A DNA stretch of 64,000 nt from an uncultured Ruminococcus sp. GTDB lineage: Bacteria; Bacillota; Clostridia; Oscillospirales; Acutalibacteraceae. The DNA lies in NCBI GenBank assembly GCA_902761345.1, contig CACWKD010000005.1, positions 15,892 through 79,891 of the forward strand. Reading direction: 5' to 3'. The stretch's first letter is position 1. Every line of letters starts with the position of its first letter. Below, piece by piece: positions 59,488 through 64,000 of this stretch. Position numbers and translations under genes: made by a program. The notes under the pieces were generated by a model. It saw nothing but the letters and a program-made list of their open reading frames with translations, was not told where the DNA came from and did not search any database.

Positions 59488-60552
59488 TTATTGACTTATT
59501 TTTCCTTTTTGCAAGATTTTGTTATATTCATCTACTACACAAGGCTGTATCAACTTGTAGCTTTCATCAATGAAGTAGCTGTCACACTCATAAACAGAAT
59601 CATCGATCTCATTAATGTTGAATGCACTTGTTTTGTTCGGCAGGATTATGTATCCGTACTGTTCATCTTTGCATCTCACGTAAGGAGTGTCCGAATTTTC
59701 GCTGTACATAGTATGACTGAAGTTAGACATACCCGAATCCAGTTTCAGGAACGGAGTTGTAGGATCTTTTCGCAGTCTTCTGACTTGATTGAATACATCT
59801 TCCATAGTGCGGTACTTGGACATAGCTTCAGCTCTTGCCTGTTCCTCAGCAATGCGTTTATTCTCTTCCTCTTGTTTTCGTTTAGCTTCCAACTCAGCTT
59901 TCTTTCTATTTTCAGCTTCTAATTCCCTGTCTCTATGTAATTCCTTCTGTGCTATACGTTCGTTAACACGTTTCTCCAGATACTCTTCAAATGTTTCGCT
60001 TGGATTGGCGCTGTTTAAAAAGAGTATCGCACAACCGGTGCTGTCCGAGCTGATTACAGTCTGCGGCATCTCATACAACACATAAGGCGCTGAATTGCCG
60101 TCATTTACCCCTTTTGTGCCATTCGGTAAACGCAGCCATTTTTTAGAATTATCCATATCAACCAAAAAGCGTTCTCTGTTGTTGGGATCTCTATCTATAT
60201 GACCGTTTACACGAAAACAAATCGAAAGTGTACCATTCTGCTCTTGATGAGGAGGAGTGACTTTTGGAACATCTAAGTCGTATAAATCATTTTGCGAAGC
60301 TGCGTTCGGACGCAACATAAAACCGCTCATGTCTTGACCTTGACGTCCCGACTTCACAGGTGTGTTATCGGGAATTATTTGAGGATTTTGTTTGCTGTTA
60401 CCCGAACGATCATTGCGTTTGGGATTGTAAATCCCCGGTGAAGAAACATCGAGTACATCTTTTACCGCCTCAATTATGTTGATAGCATCTTGTAGTTTTC
60501 TCGACAATATCTGCATATCGGAATCATTTTTATGATTCACCATAATCATCAA
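59488..60552 (-). CDS. Hypothetical 354-aa protein with a central highly charged coiled coil or single alpha-helix; part of the candidate operon
   Basis: The ORF start overlaps the upstream stop (TGATGA context preceded by GGAGGT). The central segment is ELHRDRELEAENRKKAELEAKRKQEEENKRIAEEQARAEAM. There is a Gln/Asn/Pro-rich, low-complexity segment near the N-terminus. Confidence 0.6.
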   Translation of the reverse strand: MMIMVNHKNDSDMQILSRKLQDAINIIEAVKDVLDVSSPGIYNPKRNDRSGNSKQNPQIIPDNTPVKSGRQGQDMSGFMLRPNAASQNDLYDLDVPKVTPPHQEQNGTLSICFRVNGHIDRDPNNRERFLVDMDNSKKWLRLPNGTKGVNDGNSAPYVLYEMPQTVISSDSTGCAILFLNSANPSETFEEYLEKRVNERIAQKELHRDRELEAENRKKAELEAKRKQEEENKRIAEEQARAEAMSKYRTMEDVFNQVRRLRKDPTTPFLKLDSGMSNFSHTMYSENSDTPYVRCKDEQYGYIILPNKTSAFNINEIDDSVYECDSYFIDESYKLIQPCVVDEYNKILQKGKISQ

Positions 60553-63500
60553 CCTCCGAATTCATGGCCGTTAGCTGTACCGTTGTTTATAATTCTGCTG
60601 GTTGGGTTATAGCTGCCCTGATACTGCGAAAGCATCTTGCTTAGAGTAAACATAAATATAGCGCTCTGCATCATCTCGGGGTATATACAAGAGTTAGTAG
60701 CCTTTACAAAACTATTATTCGGGAAACCTAAGAGTTCTCTGTTAATAGCGTTCTGCATATTCTGTGATGCATTAGAAAGGAACGACTCGGTCAATACTTC
60801 GATCGGGTCTTGAACACCGTCATCATTGTTTATGAGCTGATCGTAGATCTCTTTCTTATAAAAAGCACTGATATCTTCAAACGGATTTCCTACATTATCA
60901 TAATACGACACAACATTATGAATGATCTGATCGTTAGCCTGCTTGTCGGCATTGCTGTTGCCTGTATAGACAAACGATTTGTTCCTCTGAAGAGCGTCTG
61001 TGTGAACGCTTGCAGTTGTTCCGAATGCTTCTGTATATTTCGGATTTACTTCATCGTCCCAATTTACCGGTGCTACCGTAACGCCATTAATGGAAAGCTC
61101 GAATACACCGTTATTCTGGTTCTTATCAATTCTTGCCAAACCGTCTATCAAAGTCTGCTTATCGTTATCTTGGGAAACACTAACGCTGACAGCGCCGGGA
61201 AACGCATTATTGAAATAACGATCAAGCAGTGTACGCACGTTAGTATTTCTCGAATCAAGATTGTTAAATAAATCTATACCCTTTGAAGCGCCGCCCTGGA
61301 ACTTAATATTAATACTTGCCCCCGGATTATATATTGATCCTGCAATTTTAATTGCTGTATTAATAAAGTCCTTAATAACAGGCATCATAAACATATATCT
61401 GAGGATAAAGTCAGCTGCGACTTTCTGATCCTTTACACCAACTCCTGCGCCAAAAGAAGCAACATCAAGAATATCCATAACTTTACTTTCAAAGTAATCG
61501 TTATCGTTTTGGTTCGCTTTGAGGTCGTTAATATATCCCTTGTATAAGGTCGTGTTATTACCTTTCGGTACAAATATAGGCTGACCGTAAGCGCATTGAG
61601 GATCAAGCGAACCGATAAGATGCTTATCAGCCATATCGCTTCCCTGAGCAAGAATATCTTTAACAACCGTCTTGATAAGATCCTTTCCTGCATACTCAAT
61701 GGAAGAGTATCCGCAGAAGTGTATCGTGCCGCCTGCGTCAACATATACAGCCGACATATCTGTTGTTCCGTCACCCATATCAATATTAATATTGAGTGCG
61801 TTTTGAGCAAGACCGTTAGTACCCAAAGTAACGCCGATACTCTCGTATAAGAAATGATTATTTCTATGATCAAGATAAAAATCATAAGTTAATCCGCTGA
61901 ACACCTGACTTACAGCATTCTTCGCTTGTGACCACGTTGTTTGTAGGTTCGGCTCATAATCCTTACTCGGCAGCGACGGTACGATCGTTACTTCACTGCA
62001 ATTGTTATCGATCGCATTGCAGGCAATTGTATAAAGCATATTGTGTATGACGATCTTCGGATGAACAAAAGCTCCTCCGCCTGTAACCAGTTCTGTCTTA
62101 TGGCTTGTAAAGGTATTGCCGATACCGCCGTAATTGGCATAGCTTTTTACAAAAGGCGTCCATGCGTCCTTATAAGGCATAGAATCAGCTACAGGAGCTT
62201 GCTTGTCATACAGAGAAGTTGTTGAAAGGAATTTATGATCTGTGTTTATTTCCGGATCATTGACAAGTATGCTGTACGCATTTTTAGCATAATCAACAAG
62301 ACATCTGCGTAATGTACACTTATTCTCTACCAAGCTTCCTCTATATCCGTTTCCTAAAGTAGTATCAACTTCATATCTTATATAAGAAGAACTGCTTCCG
62401 AAGTCAATATAAGCGCGAAGCTTGTGAGTTCCCGCAGGTCTGTCGTTATCGATACCAATGTCAACGCCCATTCCCTTATCAGCAAGCAGCGCAGGCAGAT
62501 CGCCCTTTCCTCTTGTTCTGAGGTTAAGAACATAACCGTAGGATCTTACTCCGTTTCTATCGGAGATCATTATAAAATGCTCGGGCAAGGTGGCTTCTGT
62601 TGATGAAATATCGATCTTATCATAAGCCTTTACATTCTTGTATGGCGCTAATGCACTCGGGGCAAAATCAATGAGCTTTTTAAGTGTTGTATCTCCGTTC
62701 AGCGAACCCATAAGCAGTCCGTCTTGAAGCACAACAGCTGTACCTAACCCCTTTACCTGATCCAACAGTATGTTAGTACCTTTTCTGCTGAAATATGTAA
62801 ACTTATTGCATCTGTGTTCCAAATCAGAGGTCAGATTAGGATACATACAAATAGTGGGGATCGCACGAATCCACTGGATCTCTCCCTTGTCGGCGCTGTA
62901 AGTCTTTGTTTTTGTATAATTTATTGTATGATCATACTTCGGAACACCTGCATTATTGATAAACTGCAGTGAGGTATTGACTGTGAAATCCAATTCCGCA
63001 GATGTAACCAAAGCAGTGTCAGCGAAGTCGGTTTTTACCTTTAGCTTAACATCATTGATCTTGCCGCCGTCCTTTACAAACTGTACGCCTATTGCGCTTA
63101 AAGGATAAGTAGAGTAGAACTTCTCATCATGACGTCCGAGATACAGCGTGTCATTTATCATTGCATCAAGATCTCTGTATCCGCTTATCTTGTAAAAACT
63201 AATGCCGTTGATAGTTTTCCAAGGTGTTACAGATCCGGCAGGAAGTACAACGCCGTTCGGCAGCTTAATAAGCTCCTTTATAAGAGCTGCTGCAAGCTGA
63301 AGAGGAGCAGGCTCTGTTGTAGATATGGAGTCGGCGCTCATGTGCAGGAATATCTTCTGCTTAACATTAAGCTCGTTCAATCTATCTGTGTACTTTTCCC
63401 AGACATCACTTAGCTTTATCTGTGTATTTGGATTATCTCTTCCCTCGCAAAGGTACAAATACTTCTTCTTCCACTCGGGAACTGCACCCGGAACACCGCT

Positions 63501-64000
63501 TAGCTTGTACTCTTTCATAGGTATAACAAACAACTGATCGTGGAATGTTCCGACATTGTTATGATAACCTAATTTCGGTAATGCAGGATTTGTAGGATCC
63601 ATTGTTATATAATTAAAAGAAGTTGAGCTTAATCCGGGAACAGGCAAACCTAATGCGTTAGCTCTTACTGTACCGTCATTATTATTACTGCCGCCGTTTC
63701 TTTCAAACTTTTTCTTCCATATTTCAAGAAAACGAGTACCCTGAATAGAATTACCCATTCCATCTTTAAACGGCTCGCCCTCTATGTGAACATCTGTCTG
63801 ATCATCGCAGCCGTACATTATACAGCATATCAAAGCAGATAACCATGATCGCAGATAGCCGCCCGATTTTTTCTTTAGCTCGGGAACGATAGTATTGTTT
63901 ATAGTTGCAGCCATTGGCGCGGCCTTATAAATACCTGCAATATGTGTTACCTTATTTTCCATAGTAATAAAGTGATCGCTGTCGCCGTCAACCTCCGCAA
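60549..64000 (-). CDS. Giant (more than 1137 aa) protein with an actin/Hsp70-like (ASKHA) ATPase core; paralogue of 54608..57859. The 5' end is probably outside the window.
   Basis: The ordered motifs are YIDFGSSSSYIRY (about 62373-62412), FLYESIGV, NIDMGDGTTDMSAVYV (about 61741-61790) and KFQGGASKGIDL (about 61273-61305). The frame stays open upstream of the first ATG (63962) to the window edge. There it reads ..GDSDHFITMENK.., which aligns with EGHDHFIHTMRS at residues 46-57 of the paralogue. Confidence 0.75.
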   Translation of the reverse strand, partial: AEVDGDSDHFITMENKVTHIAGIYKAAPMAATINNTIVPELKKKSGGYLRSWLSALICCIMYGCDDQTDVHIEGEPFKDGMGNSIQGTRFLEIWKKKFERNGGSNNNDGTVRANALGLPVPGLSSTSFNYITMDPTNPALPKLGYHNNVGTFHDQLFVIPMKEYKLSGVPGAVPEWKKKYLYLCEGRDNPNTQIKLSDVWEKYTDRLNELNVKQKIFLHMSADSISTTEPAPLQLAAALIKELIKLPNGVVLPAGSVTPWKTINGISFYKISGYRDLDAMINDTLYLGRHDEKFYSTYPLSAIGVQFVKDGGKINDVKLKVKTDFADTALVTSAELDFTVNTSLQFINNAGVPKYDHTINYTKTKTYSADKGEIQWIRAIPTICMYPNLTSDLEHRCNKFTYFSRKGTNILLDQVKGLGTAVVLQDGLLMGSLNGDTTLKKLIDFAPSALAPYKNVKAYDKIDISSTEATLPEHFIMISDRNGVRSYGYVLNLRTRGKGDLPALLADKGMGVDIGIDNDRPAGTHKLRAYIDFGSSSSYIRYEVDTTLGNGYRGSLVENKCTLRRCLVDYAKNAYSILVNDPEINTDHKFLSTTSLYDKQAPVADSMPYKDAWTPFVKSYANYGGIGNTFTSHKTELVTGGGAFVHPKIVIHNMLYTIACNAIDNNCSEVTIVPSLPSKDYEPNLQTTWSQAKNAVSQVFSGLTYDFYLDHRNNHFLYESIGVTLGTNGLAQNALNINIDMGDGTTDMSAVYVDAGGTIHFCGYSSIEYAGKDLIKTVVKDILAQGSDMADKHLIGSLDPQCAYGQPIFVPKGNNTTLYKGYINDLKANQNDNDYFESKVMDILDVASFGAGVGVKDQKVAADFILRYMFMMPVIKDFINTAIKIAGSIYNPGASINIKFQGGASKGIDLFNNLDSRNTNVRTLLDRYFNNAFPGAVSVSVSQDNDKQTLIDGLARIDKNQNNGVFELSINGVTVAPVNWDDEVNPKYTEAFGTTASVHTDALQRNKSFVYTGNSNADKQANDQIIHNVVSYYDNVGNPFEDISAFYKKEIYDQLINNDDGVQDPIEVLTESFLSNASQNMQNAINRELLGFPNNSFVKATNSCIYPEMMQSAIFMFTLSKMLSQYQGSYNPTSRIINNGTANGHEFGG

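Overview
This window looks like a chromosomal segment of a low-GC Firmicute, probably a Ruminococcaceae-type cellulosome producer. That guess rests on the Ruminococcus-style dockerin modules and on a THF riboswitch resembling the Eubacterium siraeum aptamer as I remember it. No search was run, so the taxonomy is unverified.

Core genes I recognise:
- asnB (partial, with an in-frame TAG)
- the str operon rpsL-rpsG-fusA-tuf
- a Nif3-like gene and trmK
- acpP, proS, metA
- sbcDC
- pduL
- a family-4 uracil-DNA glycosylase
- groES-groEL behind a perfect CIRCE operator
- folE plus an HD-domain gene behind a THF riboswitch
- a SulP transporter
- a MarR regulator with a heterodimeric ABC exporter

Accessory content:
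- an IS1182/IS5-like insertion sequence
- a cluster of secreted dockerin, BspA-type LRR and serpin genes, several carrying stop codons or frameshifts
- a 1766-aa wall-anchored adhesin with DUF11-like repeats and a long Glu/Thr tandem array
- a MutS-like ATPase
- a small decayed XRE/SUKH islet
- a family of intergenic repeats built from tandem heptamers, present four times

The best candidate for an undescribed system is the minus-strand operon from 53924 to beyond 64000. It contains two giant paralogous proteins (1083 aa and more than 1137 aa), each with a complete actin/Hsp70-type (ASKHA) nucleotide-binding motif set in its C-terminal half. It also encodes two translationally coupled proteins with no recognisable domains (354 aa with a charged coiled coil, and 506 aa) and a highly acidic bitopic membrane protein. 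A decayed alpha/beta-hydrolase gene lies next to it.

I saw no rRNA, tRNA or CRISPR array. Coordinates of non-coding features were counted by eye and may be off by 1-2 nt.
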